Positions 9,977-20,780 are shown, counted from the stretch's first letter. The stretch is DNA of 64,000 nucleotides from Patescibacteria group bacterium (GCA_034659915.1 JAYEID010000002.1:2089-66088), one strand, 5' to 3'. Translations and numbers: made by a program. The notes: generated by a model from the sequence alone, not told the origin.

Positions 9977-10653
9977 GAGGCATGTGCCAGATTTTTTATT
10001 TTATAAGATTTATTTTTAAAAATTAGTTTTGTTATGTTCAATTTATAAAGCAATTCTGATATTAAATCAATAAATTTTGTAGGAAAAGTTCCTTTAAAGC
10101 ATAAAGCTCGAATATTTGTATATTTAATTTTAAAGTCAAAATCGACAAAGATTTGTTTCAGACTATATAAAGATAAAGGGAAATCATGAGTATAATCACA
10201 TCCAAAAAAATCTTCCTTAAAATATCTTATGTCTGGAACTGCAATGAACAAAAGACCTTGGTTATTTAGATGCTCTTTACACTCTTCGATTAATTTTAAA
10301 GCCTGGTCTCTGTTTTCCATATGTTCAAAAACTTGGTCCATGAAAATGATGTCAAAGGTTCCCTTCAAATTTAAAGGTGGCACCATTTTATTATATACTT
10401 TGATGCCTTTTTCTTTTAACTTTTTACACATAAAATCATTACCTTCGATTGCGGTATAGTTTATATTTTGTTTAACGCATTCTTGGGCAAAATAACCCTT
10501 ACCAGGTCCTATTTCTAATATTTTTAAATTTTCCTTATCTTTCTTTGCGAATTTTAGTATTAGTTCAAGATAAAATTTATTCTTGTTATTAACTAAAAAT
10601 TTTCCGAATCTTGTTATTTTATCCCGTTGGTAATAATTATCGTAAAAGCTCAT
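9949..10653 (-). CDS. Class I SAM-dependent methyltransferase
   Basis: ILEIGPGKG, FDIIFMDQVFEH, GLLFIAVP. Confidence 0.88.
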   Translation of the reverse strand: MSFYDNYYQRDKITRFGKFLVNNKNKFYLELILKFAKKDKENLKILEIGPGKGYFAQECVKQNINYTAIEGNDFMCKKLKEKGIKVYNKMVPPLNLKGTFDIIFMDQVFEHMENRDQALKLIEECKEHLNNQGLLFIAVPDIRYFKEDFFGCDYTHDFPLSLYSLKQIFVDFDFKIKYTNIRALCFKGTFPTKFIDLISELLYKLNITKLIFKNKSYKIKNLAHASCIVIGIKK

Positions 10654-11477
10654 TTTAAATATTGTAAATAATCCTGAAAGAAATCACCATTCTTCAAAGA
10701 ATTTAAACTTTCCTTCCCCATTTCACTAAAAATATTTTTGAAAAAATTATAATTTAATATTTTCTTGAACATAAATTTAATTAGAGCCTTTTTATCATTT
10801 GAATGATCAAAATAACTCCAGATTTCATTAAATGTTAATTTTTCATTCCATAAATAGGATAAATTTCTTTTATCAGTTCTGACGCGACTTAAATATAGCG
10901 GTTCTTGGATATTATAAAGTAATGGTTTTTTTTTGCATAAAATATATTTCATAAAATAGGTGTCAGTTTTGTATTTCACTTTAGTATTATATTTTAATCC
11001 TTGTTTATTTCTAAAAACCAAAGAGGGATGAGCAGCAAAAGTTCCTTGTTTTTTGATTTTTACATATTTAAATGTACTGTCCTTTTCGAAATATTTACAT
11101 AAATTCGTACCGCAGCCAACAAACTTTTTGTTTTGGGATAGAAAATCCACTTGCTTGCTAATTTTTTGGGGATGATAAATATCATCGTGGTCAGTTATTG
11201 AAATGTATTTACCTTTTGCTTTATTTAGTAAAAAATTTAAGCCTCTGTAGGGTCCTAAATTTTTATCTCCCAAAAAGGTTTTAATATTACTGAATTTTTT
11301 TTCATATTCTTTTAGTATTTTCGAGGTTTTGTCTTGAGAATTATTATCTAAAATTAAAATTTCGGTATTACTATACTCCTGGTTAATTAAAGAATCAAAC
11401 GTGGGTTTTATAAACTTTTCAGCATTATATGTGACATTTAAAATCGACACCAATGGTTGATTAATACTCTTATTCAT
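10650..11477 (-). CDS. GT2 glycosyltransferase
   Basis: VSILNVTYN, DNNSQD, DHDD (DxD). Confidence 0.88.
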   Translation of the reverse strand: MNKSINQPLVSILNVTYNAEKFIKPTFDSLINQEYSNTEILILDNNSQDKTSKILKEYEKKFSNIKTFLGDKNLGPYRGLNFLLNKAKGKYISITDHDDIYHPQKISKQVDFLSQNKKFVGCGTNLCKYFEKDSTFKYVKIKKQGTFAAHPSLVFRNKQGLKYNTKVKYKTDTYFMKYILCKKKPLLYNIQEPLYLSRVRTDKRNLSYLWNEKLTFNEIWSYFDHSNDKKALIKFMFKKILNYNFFKNIFSEMGKESLNSLKNGDFFQDYLQYLK

Positions 11478-12363
11478 AGATTTCTTTAACCTTAAATTTA
11501 TTTAATTTTGGGTAGAATTTATTATTTTCAAAATTCACACTCAATAAAGCCGATTGTCTATTTTGTTTTAGCCGGTTATCCTGGGAATGAAATATAAAAT
11601 CACCCAAAACATAAATATTGTTCTTTTCATATTTTGTTTTAACATAAACATGTGGATGATGGATAACAGTTAAATCAGCATTTAGTTGGTTTATTTTTTC
11701 TAAGTCTAATCCAAGCTGGGATTCATTTTCAGCTAGTTCTTTCCCCCCATGAATAATCAAAATAACTTTTTTATCTTTGTCTTTATACCTTTTTATCTTT
11801 TGAGATAGCTTATTATAAGTTTTATAATTTGCGCCAAAACCATTATTTGTTGCAGAATATAGATGAAAGGGGACACCAAGTTTTTTTACACCAACTAAAT
11901 TTATATTTATAAAGACAATACTATTAACTTCAAAATCCTTACATTCCTGTAAATTACTCCCTACTCCGATGTAATCAATATTGTTATTTCCTAATACTTT
12001 TAAGGTGTTTTTAAATGCATTTTTACCATAATCTTTGATATGATTGTTAGCTAAGGTAACTAACGTATTTTTATTTAGTTTTAATAAAGGAATAATTTTT
12101 TCAGTTGAATATACGTATCTTTGCTTTTTATTAAATATTTTAGAACTTAAGGTATTTAGAGAAGTAATTAAAAAGTTTTGGAACTTATTTTCACGGAATT
12201 GTAAATTCTTTTGGTATTGTCTAGGATTAATAATCGGCCCTTCAAGGTTGTAAATAACTAAATCCTGTTGCTTTATTAAGTTTAAGTATTTAGGATCAAC
12301 CTTTTCAACTGAAAAATTTTCTATATTCCGATTGGAAATGTCTCCAGTAATTAATATTTTCAT
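11470..12363 (-). CDS. CapA/PgsA-family metallophosphoesterase-like protein
   Basis: GD, NLEGP, LANNHIKDYG, IHGG.E, HHPHV, LGDFIF motifs. Confidence 0.85.
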   Translation of the reverse strand: MKILITGDISNRNIENFSVEKVDPKYLNLIKQQDLVIYNLEGPIINPRQYQKNLQFRENKFQNFLITSLNTLSSKIFNKKQRYVYSTEKIIPLLKLNKNTLVTLANNHIKDYGKNAFKNTLKVLGNNNIDYIGVGSNLQECKDFEVNSIVFININLVGVKKLGVPFHLYSATNNGFGANYKTYNKLSQKIKRYKDKDKKVILIIHGGKELAENESQLGLDLEKINQLNADLTVIHHPHVYVKTKYEKNNIYVLGDFIFHSQDNRLKQNRQSALLSVNFENNKFYPKLNKFKVKEIYE

Positions 12364-13673
12364 TTAACTTTACTTATCGTATATAAATATTTCCCGCTTT
12401 TGGTTGGGGGAATTTTATCCACAAATTCCCACTTAATTTCAAACTCATTGCCCAAAAAATCAAATAATAATTTATCAATCTCCTTCATTTCTTCTTTGTT
12501 TTCTTTTCCAACAATTTTAATCAAAATTTTATTATAATTTTGCTGGATTAATTGAAACTGCTTTATCCAATCTCTAAAAAACAACTGCTGAACAATAAAA
12601 TGTGTATGTTTCAAAGAACCGTCTCTTAACTTGAAAAAACCTAAAGTTCTCCCAACCACATTTCCAATCGTTAAGTAGCTTTTAGTTTTTCCTATGGAGT
12701 AACTTTCACCTAAGGCGGCAACATCTCCTATGTCATATCTAATAAGAGGCATAGAATAATTATCAAGCGATGTTAAGATAATCTTCTTTTCTTTTGACTT
12801 GCCTTTTAATTCAAGGAACTGTCTCCAAAAGCAAACATCTAGTTCTGACTTATTTTCAAAAGCAATCCAGCCAACTTCTCTTGAGCCGTACTGATTATAA
12901 ACAGAACAACTAAAAGCTTTTTCTATCTTTTTTCTTGCTTTTTCATACAATGGCCCGATGGTAGTAACTATAATTTTGGGAGAGTACACAGAAATATTAT
13001 TTTCTAATATATAGTCGGCAAATTCTTCCATTGCATCAACATAGGCCCAATATGCAGTTGGCTGAAAGCAATTGTGCAGTTCAATTAGTTCATCGAATTT
13101 CCCTTTATCCAAATCGTAGGTATTGAAAAATCTTCGATTATATAAGAAGTTTATTATTTTGTCTTTTAAGGTAAGTGTTCCTTCAATAATATCTCTATCC
13201 GATCCCCAGAATTTTATTTCTGGCTTCCCTATGTCTTTTCCAAATTTCTTAAATAGATAGATTTTTGTTGCCTTATTTATTTCGTCATAGGTTTTATCCT
13301 GAATAAACCTAACCGGCTCTCCGGTGCTGCCACCGGATGTATTCTCGTAAAATCCTCTTTGTTTATAATCTTTTGGGTAAAGATTTTTACCTTGGGTTCT
13401 AATGATCTCCTTTGTTAAGACCGGAATATTGTCAAAATTTTCTAAATGTACTTTACTGTTAACAACCACTTTAGCCTTAGGCAAGACTTTTTTATAGTAA
13501 GGAACATTTTTCCAGGCGTGGAGAAGCAGTTTTTTAAGTTCTTCTTTTTGGTATTTTTCTTTGCCCTTTTTAGAGAAATTAGCAACCCTCTCGAACTCTT
13601 TCAAATACTTGGGTATTTTACTGCCAGATAAATGTAGGAGTGTATAAATTGCAGGTTTGCGCCAGTTTATCAT
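12360..13673 (-). CDS. Phenylacetate-CoA ligase family (CapK-like) adenylating enzyme
   Basis: HAWKNVPYY, TSGGSTGEP, YGSREVG, MPLIRYDIGD, IPPTKSGK. Confidence 0.88.
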   Translation of the reverse strand: MINWRKPAIYTLLHLSGSKIPKYLKEFERVANFSKKGKEKYQKEELKKLLLHAWKNVPYYKKVLPKAKVVVNSKVHLENFDNIPVLTKEIIRTQGKNLYPKDYKQRGFYENTSGGSTGEPVRFIQDKTYDEINKATKIYLFKKFGKDIGKPEIKFWGSDRDIIEGTLTLKDKIINFLYNRRFFNTYDLDKGKFDELIELHNCFQPTAYWAYVDAMEEFADYILENNISVYSPKIIVTTIGPLYEKARKKIEKAFSCSVYNQYGSREVGWIAFENKSELDVCFWRQFLELKGKSKEKKIILTSLDNYSMPLIRYDIGDVAALGESYSIGKTKSYLTIGNVVGRTLGFFKLRDGSLKHTHFIVQQLFFRDWIKQFQLIQQNYNKILIKIVGKENKEEMKEIDKLLFDFLGNEFEIKWEFVDKIPPTKSGKYLYTISKVK

Positions 13674-14806
13674 TTGTTCATTATCTGCTGGTAAAGTTGG
13701 TAGTAATCGTTAGTGATTTTTTCCCAGCTTAATTTTTCTGCTTTTTTCTTGCTTTCTCTGCCCATTTCCTCTAATTTCTCTTTATTGTCGTAAAGTGTTG
13801 AAAGAGCGTTGGCGATGTCTTTACTGCTTTTCTTTTTTACAATTATTCCATTGCTCGTATCAACCAGTTCGGCGGTGCCTCCGGTGTCAGTTGCAATTAC
13901 GGGGAGCTGGCAAGCCATTGCTTCCAAGAGCGAGTTGCTCATTCCCTCGTTAAGGGAAGGCAAAACAAAAACATCCGCACGTTGATATTTTTCAGGGATG
14001 TCTTCGTGGGGGACAGAGCCAGAAAATTTTATACTAGAGTTAAGACCCCGTTCTTTTGCCATTATGAAAAGTTCGCTTTTTTTATTTCCGCTGCCTACTA
14101 GGATTAGCTCGGACTCTGGTACTTTTTTGTGGAATTTTGCGAAACCTTTGATTAAGTAAGAAATTCCCTTGCGGCTGGTTAGTCTGGAGGTGGAAAGGAT
14201 TTTAAAAATACTATTATCTTTCTTTTTTTGTGCGGGGGCAAAAGTTTTGGTATCAATTCCGTTATAAATTACTTTTATTTCTTGTTTTGGTTTTGTTTTT
14301 AGGGCAAGTTTTTTTAGTCCTTCGGAGTTGGCAGTAACTGCGCTTGCTTTGCCCCAAATAATTTGGTCCAAATGGGGGAACACGTAGTTGTTTAAATTTT
14401 GGAACCGGTTGCTAAAGCCGGGGACGTCCATTCCCCGGAGGGCAACAATGTAAGGCTTACCCAAAAACATTGCCACAAAACCCGCCGGAATGCCGAACCA
14501 GGCGTGGGTAAGGTCGTAATTTTTATCTTTTTTAAGCTTTTTTGCAAAAGAGAAGCTGTTAGCAGCGTATCTTAGTAGGTCCTTGTGTTTTTGGTAATGT
14601 CCGTTTTTTGAGTTTTTGTTAATATCCAGGTGGTAGACAGTTATATTGCCGTTTAGGGTTTCCTCGTAGTAGCTGTCCGGGGAAGATGTAATTAGGTCAA
14701 TTTCTAAATCTGGTCTTTTTGCAAATTCTTTTAGCAAACTTTGGCAGGCAGTTGCGGCACCACCACCCAGCGGAGGATATTCGTAGTTTAGCATTAAGAT
14801 TTTCAT
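13670..14806 (-). CDS. GT4 glycosyltransferase
   Basis: NYEYPPLGGG, VIYNGID, RLTSRKG, EGMSNSLLEAMA. Confidence 0.92.
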   Translation of the reverse strand: MKILMLNYEYPPLGGGAATACQSLLKEFAKRPDLEIDLITSSPDSYYEETLNGNITVYHLDINKNSKNGHYQKHKDLLRYAANSFSFAKKLKKDKNYDLTHAWFGIPAGFVAMFLGKPYIVALRGMDVPGFSNRFQNLNNYVFPHLDQIIWGKASAVTANSEGLKKLALKTKPKQEIKVIYNGIDTKTFAPAQKKKDNSIFKILSTSRLTSRKGISYLIKGFAKFHKKVPESELILVGSGNKKSELFIMAKERGLNSSIKFSGSVPHEDIPEKYQRADVFVLPSLNEGMSNSLLEAMACQLPVIATDTGGTAELVDTSNGIIVKKKSSKDIANALSTLYDNKEKLEEMGRESKKKAEKLSWEKITNDYYQLYQQIMNK

Positions 14807-14848
14807 AGTTTATGTTCCTTCTAAGTCTCATGTTATCATAATATTTAG

Positions 14849-16891
14849 ATGATGCGTATTTTTAAACTTGAACTTGAAAAGCAGAATATTAGTGGATTTT
14901 TCCGTGAGTACGGGCTTTTGGTTTTGATTACTGCAGTGGCGACTGCATTGCGGTTTTATAGACTAGGTCGGTACGGGCTTTGGCTAGATGAGATTTTTAG
15001 CACTCTTCGAGCGGAGCAAGGTATTCGCTATGTGCTTTTTGAGAGATTTAAGCTAACTGATTTTTTTATATTTTTGGAGCTTTTCTTTGGTAATAGCGAG
15101 TTTATTATCCGGTTTTACTCGGCTCTTTTTGGAGTTCTTGGGGTGGTTGCTTTGTATCTTTGCTGTGAAAAGCTTTGGGGAAAACGGTTAGCTTTTCTTT
15201 CTTCTCTTTTGCTTACTTTTAACTATTTTCATATTTATTATTCGCAAGACGCGCGTTATTATGCGGTTGTTTTTTTCTTTTCTGTGCTTTCTATTTTTTT
15301 CCTCTTCAAATTGCTTTTGGAACGTGATTTTAAACATCTATTCTTTCTAATTGCAGTTTATTTTCTGGGTATAAAAACACACTCAACCTTTTATTTGCTT
15401 ATTGCCTCTGAACTATTATTTTTGATTTCTGTGTTTTTGTACTGGGTGGTTAGAAATAAGCTTTCCTTCGGTTCGTGGGAATTTTTTGGGAATAATATAA
15501 AAACATTGTTTTTTAAATTTAAGGAATCCAACCCAGTTTTAAAGGTGGGGGTATTTGTTTTTGCTTTGGCTGGTGGGTATTTCCTTTTTAAAAATTTTTA
15601 CAGTCCGGGTATTATATCTAGATTTGATTTTAGGTGGTTTCCTACAGATCCGGAGTTGATTCCTCTTCGGTTTAAGTTGCCCCCCCTTTTTTACTGGGAG
15701 CTTTTTGAAAGGTTCTCGGAAGTTAGTTTAATTTTTCGAAGATTTTTAGTGTTACTGTTCCTTATTGGTTTAGAGTACTCCTTCTCCCAAGAGCGTTATT
15801 ATTTGGTATTTTTAGGATTTTTAATCTTTTCTATACCTGTTCTTATGATTTGGCTACTCAATCCACACCTAGCATTTAATTACCGGTATGTGATGTTTAT
15901 GCTTCCGCTGTGGATAGTTTTTATTGCTCAAGGAATGATTGTTATTTCTGATCTTTTGTTTTTGTTGTTGGGTAGAGTTTCTAAGTTTTTTGAGGGAAAG
16001 GATTTGTTGGAGAATACTGCTGTTTTTTCTTTAGCTGTGTTTTTTTTCATTTATCCTTCTTATTCTCCGCTTTGCAATCGTTTTAGTGGGAGTCGTAGAT
16101 ATGCTTGGCGGGAAATTGCAGAGATACTGCATGAAAACTATAAAGAGGGGGATATTATTTATTCAAACCACTACGATTCTTTACAATCTGTTCCCTATTA
16201 TTTGATGAAGCTAGAAGGGGAATCTATTGCTGGGCATCCAGTTATTCAGAGATCTGTACGGTTACAGAAATTTTCGGAAAAGGAGGTAGAAGTTGGGAGA
16301 TACTGGTTTGTGTTTGATGGAGATTATCTAGCTGAGATTTTGGGTAACTTTGATGGCAAGGTTTGGGTTGCTTGGCACAGCGCTGATGTCCCTTCTATCC
16401 CGTTTCCAAAGGGACGTCAGTACCGGTTTTCAAAATTGGGAGGTACTTTAACTGAGTTTCGCATTGTACCTCCTGTAGTTTCTTATAGTGGTCGGGAACT
16501 TGTGGAAGAAGCACTTTATTCCCAAGGAATTATCTACAATGACGAGTATAATTTTGTTCAACCAGCGGCTTATGGCCAACCGGGGTATTTAGAATATGAG
16601 GTAGAAGTGTCAGCGGACTTAAGTAGGCTTAGAGTTTCTTGGAACGCTTTTGTTAAATACGAGGGTAATTATGCGAAGTTATGGTATTCTACCGATGCGG
16701 AGAATTATAAATTGATAGAGCATTTAGAAGGCTCAGATAAAGATTTAAGGAGCAAACAGTTTTTTGATATCCCTTGGGATGTTAGCGACAATACCTTGTA
16801 TTTACGGGTTGAGTTGTTTACAAACCAAGAAACAAGCGTAGTTGAGTTTGATTCCCGGTTTATGGGTATTAGTGTTCATTCTGGTCTTTGA
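14849..16891 (+). CDS. GT-C (PMT/ArnT-like) glycosyltransferase with the same C-terminal domain as 5508..7763
   Basis: LWLDE, SEFIIRF, HIYYSQDARYYA. Confidence 0.82.
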   Translation: MMRIFKLELEKQNISGFFREYGLLVLITAVATALRFYRLGRYGLWLDEIFSTLRAEQGIRYVLFERFKLTDFFIFLELFFGNSEFIIRFYSALFGVLGVVALYLCCEKLWGKRLAFLSSLLLTFNYFHIYYSQDARYYAVVFFFSVLSIFFLFKLLLERDFKHLFFLIAVYFLGIKTHSTFYLLIASELLFLISVFLYWVVRNKLSFGSWEFFGNNIKTLFFKFKESNPVLKVGVFVFALAGGYFLFKNFYSPGIISRFDFRWFPTDPELIPLRFKLPPLFYWELFERFSEVSLIFRRFLVLLFLIGLEYSFSQERYYLVFLGFLIFSIPVLMIWLLNPHLAFNYRYVMFMLPLWIVFIAQGMIVISDLLFLLLGRVSKFFEGKDLLENTAVFSLAVFFFIYPSYSPLCNRFSGSRRYAWREIAEILHENYKEGDIIYSNHYDSLQSVPYYLMKLEGESIAGHPVIQRSVRLQKFSEKEVEVGRYWFVFDGDYLAEILGNFDGKVWVAWHSADVPSIPFPKGRQYRFSKLGGTLTEFRIVPPVVSYSGRELVEEALYSQGIIYNDEYNFVQPAAYGQPGYLEYEVEVSADLSRLRVSWNAFVKYEGNYAKLWYSTDAENYKLIEHLEGSDKDLRSKQFFDIPWDVSDNTLYLRVELFTNQETSVVEFDSRFMGISVHSGL

Positions 16892-16926
16892 TATTTATTT
16901 TATAAATTAGTGAGAGAATTCTTTTT

Positions 16927-17943
16927 ATGAAATCGCCTTTTGTAAGTGTTGTAATTCCAACTCTTAACGCCGCTTCTGTTTTGGAGGAGTGTTTGGAAGC
17001 TATTTCCAAACAGGATTATCCCGAAGATAAGGTGGAGATTGTGGTGGCGGATGGAGGATCCACAGATGGTACAGTTGCGTTGGCAGAAAAGTACGGAGCG
17101 CGGGTAGTTGAAAATAAGTTAAAAACGGGGGAGGCAGGTAAAGCTGTGGGGGTTAAGGCGGCGCAGGGCGATTTGGTCGCGCTGATTGACTCTGATAATA
17201 TTTTGCCGAGTAAGAATTGGTTTAGGAGAATGGTAGAGCCTTTTGAGGATCCAGAGATTGTGGGCAGTGAGCCTTGGAAATATACTTGGCGCACGGAAGA
17301 CGGTTTTATTGACCGTTACTGCGCGCTAATGGGAATGAACGACCCGTTTTGTTATTTTACTGGTAATTACGATCGATTGAATGTGTTGAGTGGTAAGTGG
17401 ACAGGGTTAGATTTGGAAGAGGAGGATAAAGGCAGGTGGCTCAAAGTAACTTTAAGTAAGAAGGGCATTCCTACAATTGGCGCTAATGGGACTATGCTTA
17501 GGAGAAGTTTTTTAGAAGAAGTAGGGGTTGGGGATTATCTTTTTGACATTGATCTTTTGGCTAGCGCGGTAGAGGACCGAGGAGAATTAAAATTTGCTAA
17601 GGTTAAAGTGGGGATAATTCATCTTTACTGCGGGAGTAATATTTCTAAATTTGTTCGTAAACAACGCCGGCGGGTACGGGACTTTTTGTACCATGAGAAA
17701 GTGGGAGATAGGGACTACCCTTGGCAAGAATACAACCGCGGAGGAATTATAAAGTTTGTTGCTAGTTGTGTTACTATACTTCCCCTTATTTATCAAACTG
17801 TTAAAGGATTTTTAAAGAAACCCGACTTTGCTTGGCTTTTCCACCCCTTGGCTTGTTGGGCAACGCTTTGGGTTTATGGGTGGGGTAGGGTTCGCGGGTT
17901 CTTTTCCGTTTCGGAGTTAAGTCGGGAAGGTTGGGGACAGTAA
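16927..17943 (+). CDS. GT2 glycosyltransferase
   Basis: VSVVIPTLN, DGGSTDGT, IDSD. Confidence 0.9.
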   Translation: MKSPFVSVVIPTLNAASVLEECLEAISKQDYPEDKVEIVVADGGSTDGTVALAEKYGARVVENKLKTGEAGKAVGVKAAQGDLVALIDSDNILPSKNWFRRMVEPFEDPEIVGSEPWKYTWRTEDGFIDRYCALMGMNDPFCYFTGNYDRLNVLSGKWTGLDLEEEDKGRWLKVTLSKKGIPTIGANGTMLRRSFLEEVGVGDYLFDIDLLASAVEDRGELKFAKVKVGIIHLYCGSNISKFVRKQRRRVRDFLYHEKVGDRDYPWQEYNRGGIIKFVASCVTILPLIYQTVKGFLKKPDFAWLFHPLACWATLWVYGWGRVRGFFSVSELSREGWGQ

Positions 17944-17976
17944 CTTATTTTTTATCTTTCATAAATTTTTCCAAGA

Positions 17977-19110
17977 ATGAAAAACAAACCTAAATTAATT
18001 TCTTTCATGAATGCTTATTCTCAGGGTAAAAGTGGGGGGGATATGGTCTTTATAGAAGTATCTAAGCGTTTAGAGGAATACGAAAAGATTGTTGTTACAT
18101 CTTTTTTGGGTAAAAAACTTTGCCAGGATAATGGTTTGGAGGCTAATTTTTTATTGACAACGAAGGAACATCAGTTTGGTAATATTGTTTTTATTTATTT
18201 AAAGAGATTGATTTTTGCGTTACTTCTATTATTTAAGATTTCTGTGGGCAACGATGATGTTATATTGGCGACTTCGGACTTTTTTCCTGATGTGTTACCT
18301 GCTTTTATTTTGAAAAAGTTTAATTCTAATGCGCTTTGGCTTCAGCGTATATACCACTTGATACCAAGCTCGCGAAAATTACCCTACTGGTTTCAACGTA
18401 TTAGTTTTTGGTTTATTAAGCGCTGGGCCGATTTGATTACTGTGGATAATACTCTTTTGGAAGAAGAATTAGTGGGTATGGGTTTTCCCCACGATAAAAT
18501 CCGGGTTAGTTATCCGGGTATTAGGTTAGAATATCTTAAGGGTATTTCTTCAAAGGAAGTAAAAAAGTATACTGCTACATTTATGGCACGACTGCACCCT
18601 TCCAAGGGGGTTTTTGATTTACCGCAAATTTGGAAAATGGTTTGTGAGGAGCTTCCGCAGGCTAAATTGGGAATAATTGGTAAGGGAGATGAAGAAACAG
18701 TTCGTGAGCTTAGAAACGTTACTAAGGAGATGGGTTTAGAGGATAACATTGATTTGTTGGGCTTTTTACCTGACGACGAGGCTTTTTCTACTATAAAGGC
18801 AAGTAAGGTTTTTGTTTTTCCTAGTAGAGAGGAAGGTTTTGGTATTGCGCCTCTTGAAGCTCAAGCTCTAGGAACGCCTGTTGTTGCTTGGGATTTACCC
18901 GTTTTTTCAGAAGTGTTTCCTCAGGGTATGGTTTGTGTCAGCCAAAGTTCTTCCAACAGAAAATTCGCAATGTCCGTGATAAACGTTCTTAGTGACAATA
19001 ATTTACACGAAGAACTTTCACGTGAGGTGGAAAAAAACGCAGAGCGTTTTTCATGGGAAGAAACAGCACGTCGTGAGAAGTTATTATTGGAATCCTTACA
19101 GCAAAAATGA
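17977..19110 (+). CDS. GT4 glycosyltransferase
   Basis: RLHPSKG, EEGFGIAPLEAQA. Confidence 0.9.
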   Translation: MKNKPKLISFMNAYSQGKSGGDMVFIEVSKRLEEYEKIVVTSFLGKKLCQDNGLEANFLLTTKEHQFGNIVFIYLKRLIFALLLLFKISVGNDDVILATSDFFPDVLPAFILKKFNSNALWLQRIYHLIPSSRKLPYWFQRISFWFIKRWADLITVDNTLLEEELVGMGFPHDKIRVSYPGIRLEYLKGISSKEVKKYTATFMARLHPSKGVFDLPQIWKMVCEELPQAKLGIIGKGDEETVRELRNVTKEMGLEDNIDLLGFLPDDEAFSTIKASKVFVFPSREEGFGIAPLEAQALGTPVVAWDLPVFSEVFPQGMVCVSQSSSNRKFAMSVINVLSDNNLHEELSREVEKNAERFSWEETARREKLLLESLQQK

Positions 19111-20105
19111 AACAGCTTAAATTTAGTATCGCAATACCAACATATAATGGGTCCGAATGGATAGTCGAAACTTTGGAAAGCATTCTTTCTCAGGGTTTTC
19201 AAAATTATGAAATTGTTATTTCTGATGATTGCTCCACCGATGATACCTTAGATGTAATTAAAAGTTTCGATGAGCCCCGTATTAAGATTTTTCAGAATAA
19301 GGAGAATTTGGGATACGGGAAAAATTTAAAGACGTTGAAGAACAGGATTTCCGGGGATGTGCTGTTCCTAATGGGGCAGGATGACCTTCTTTTAAAAGGG
19401 GCCTTAGAGAAAACACACAGTGCTTTTTTTCTTGAGGATAATATTGGTGTTGTTACTCGTCCTTATTATTGGTTTGATGACGACCCGGGAACACCCGTCC
19501 GAGCTGTGCGCCCTTATAGCAAGGAACTTGATTCTGTTATGTCTGTACAGGATGGCAGGGAAGAAGTTCAGAAGATCTTTGAATCTGTAGGGCAACTTTC
19601 AGGGCTTGCTTATAGGGTAGAATATATGGAGCGAAATTTTCACGAGCATTGTTTTCCCTCTCATATCTATCCTTTTGCAGAAATAACAAAGAGACACAAG
19701 GTTGCTTTTCTTAAGGATTATACAGTTGCTGTTAGGATAGCTTCTAGCCAAACACGTTTTAAATCTAGTATTTATGATATTTCTCCGACAAAAACATGGG
19801 TTAAAATGTTTGAAACTGTTTATGCCGGGAATGAATATGAGAATGTTCGTGATTGGGGTATAGAGCAAGTAGCAACTAATTTTGTTGGACTTGTGCAATT
19901 GAAGAACTACAGTACATTTAAGAATTTAATACGCGAGATTGCATTTCTTGTTAAAATACGCCCACAAAATTTGCTTAACTTTAAGTTCTGGTTTTTTAGT
20001 TTGGGGGTTATTGTTATGCCTCGTTCTTTTTTAATTCCTATGGTAGATATGTATAAAAACACTATTAACTCCTGTACACTTACCGATATTGAGATCAATT
20101 TATGA
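19107..20105 (+). CDS. GT2 glycosyltransferase
   Basis: FSIAIPTYN, DDCSTDDT, GQDD. Confidence 0.9.
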   Translation: MKQLKFSIAIPTYNGSEWIVETLESILSQGFQNYEIVISDDCSTDDTLDVIKSFDEPRIKIFQNKENLGYGKNLKTLKNRISGDVLFLMGQDDLLLKGALEKTHSAFFLEDNIGVVTRPYYWFDDDPGTPVRAVRPYSKELDSVMSVQDGREEVQKIFESVGQLSGLAYRVEYMERNFHEHCFPSHIYPFAEITKRHKVAFLKDYTVAVRIASSQTRFKSSIYDISPTKTWVKMFETVYAGNEYENVRDWGIEQVATNFVGLVQLKNYSTFKNLIREIAFLVKIRPQNLLNFKFWFFSLGVIVMPRSFLIPMVDMYKNTINSCTLTDIEINL

Positions 20106-20761
20106 CCAATTTATTTAATAAGTTACACAGTTCCAAACTATTGGCTAGTATTTTTTCTACGCTTAATTCCTGTCTAAAGCGTGAGTTGAAGAAGTGCTCC
20201 ACAGTTTTGGATATTGGTTGTGGCCCATCATCCCCTTTACAGCACTGCGAAAGTATTGAATATAGTGTTGGGGTAGAGCCGTATAAACCATATCTACAAA
20301 AAACCAAAGAAAAGAATATTCATAATGATTATTATGATAAAAAGATTGAAAGTTTGAATTTTGAAAAAAATCAGTTTGATGCTGTGATAATGTTAGAAGT
20401 AATTGAGCATCTACCCAAAGATGCAGGATTTGAACTTTTAAAACGGTCTGAAAAATGGGCAAAGAAGAAAATTATTATTTCTACGCCCAATGGTTTTTTG
20501 GAACAGGGCGAAAGTGATGAAAACCCATTGCAAAGACATCGTTCGGGTTGGGGAGTTGAGGAACTGCATTCTTTTGGTTTAGCAGGTTTGAAGCTGCTTC
20601 GATGTGAAAATCAGGATGATAGTATGGTAGAGGGAAATTTGTTGTCTTCAATACGCTGGCAACCGAAGCCATTTTGGTTTGGTGTGGCAACATTATCCCA
20701 GGCACTAACTTATTATTTGCCGAATTTTGCATTTGAACTTTTTGGCGTTAAGGAATTATGA
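20102..20761 (+). CDS. Class I SAM-dependent methyltransferase
   Basis: VLDIGCGP, FDAVIMLEVIEHL, STPNG. Confidence 0.85.
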   Translation: MTNLFNKLHSSKLLASIFSTLNSCLKRELKKCSTVLDIGCGPSSPLQHCESIEYSVGVEPYKPYLQKTKEKNIHNDYYDKKIESLNFEKNQFDAVIMLEVIEHLPKDAGFELLKRSEKWAKKKIIISTPNGFLEQGESDENPLQRHRSGWGVEELHSFGLAGLKLLRCENQDDSMVEGNLLSSIRWQPKPFWFGVATLSQALTYYLPNFAFELFGVKEL

Positions 20762-20780
20762 AAACAAAAGAAATTAAGTA

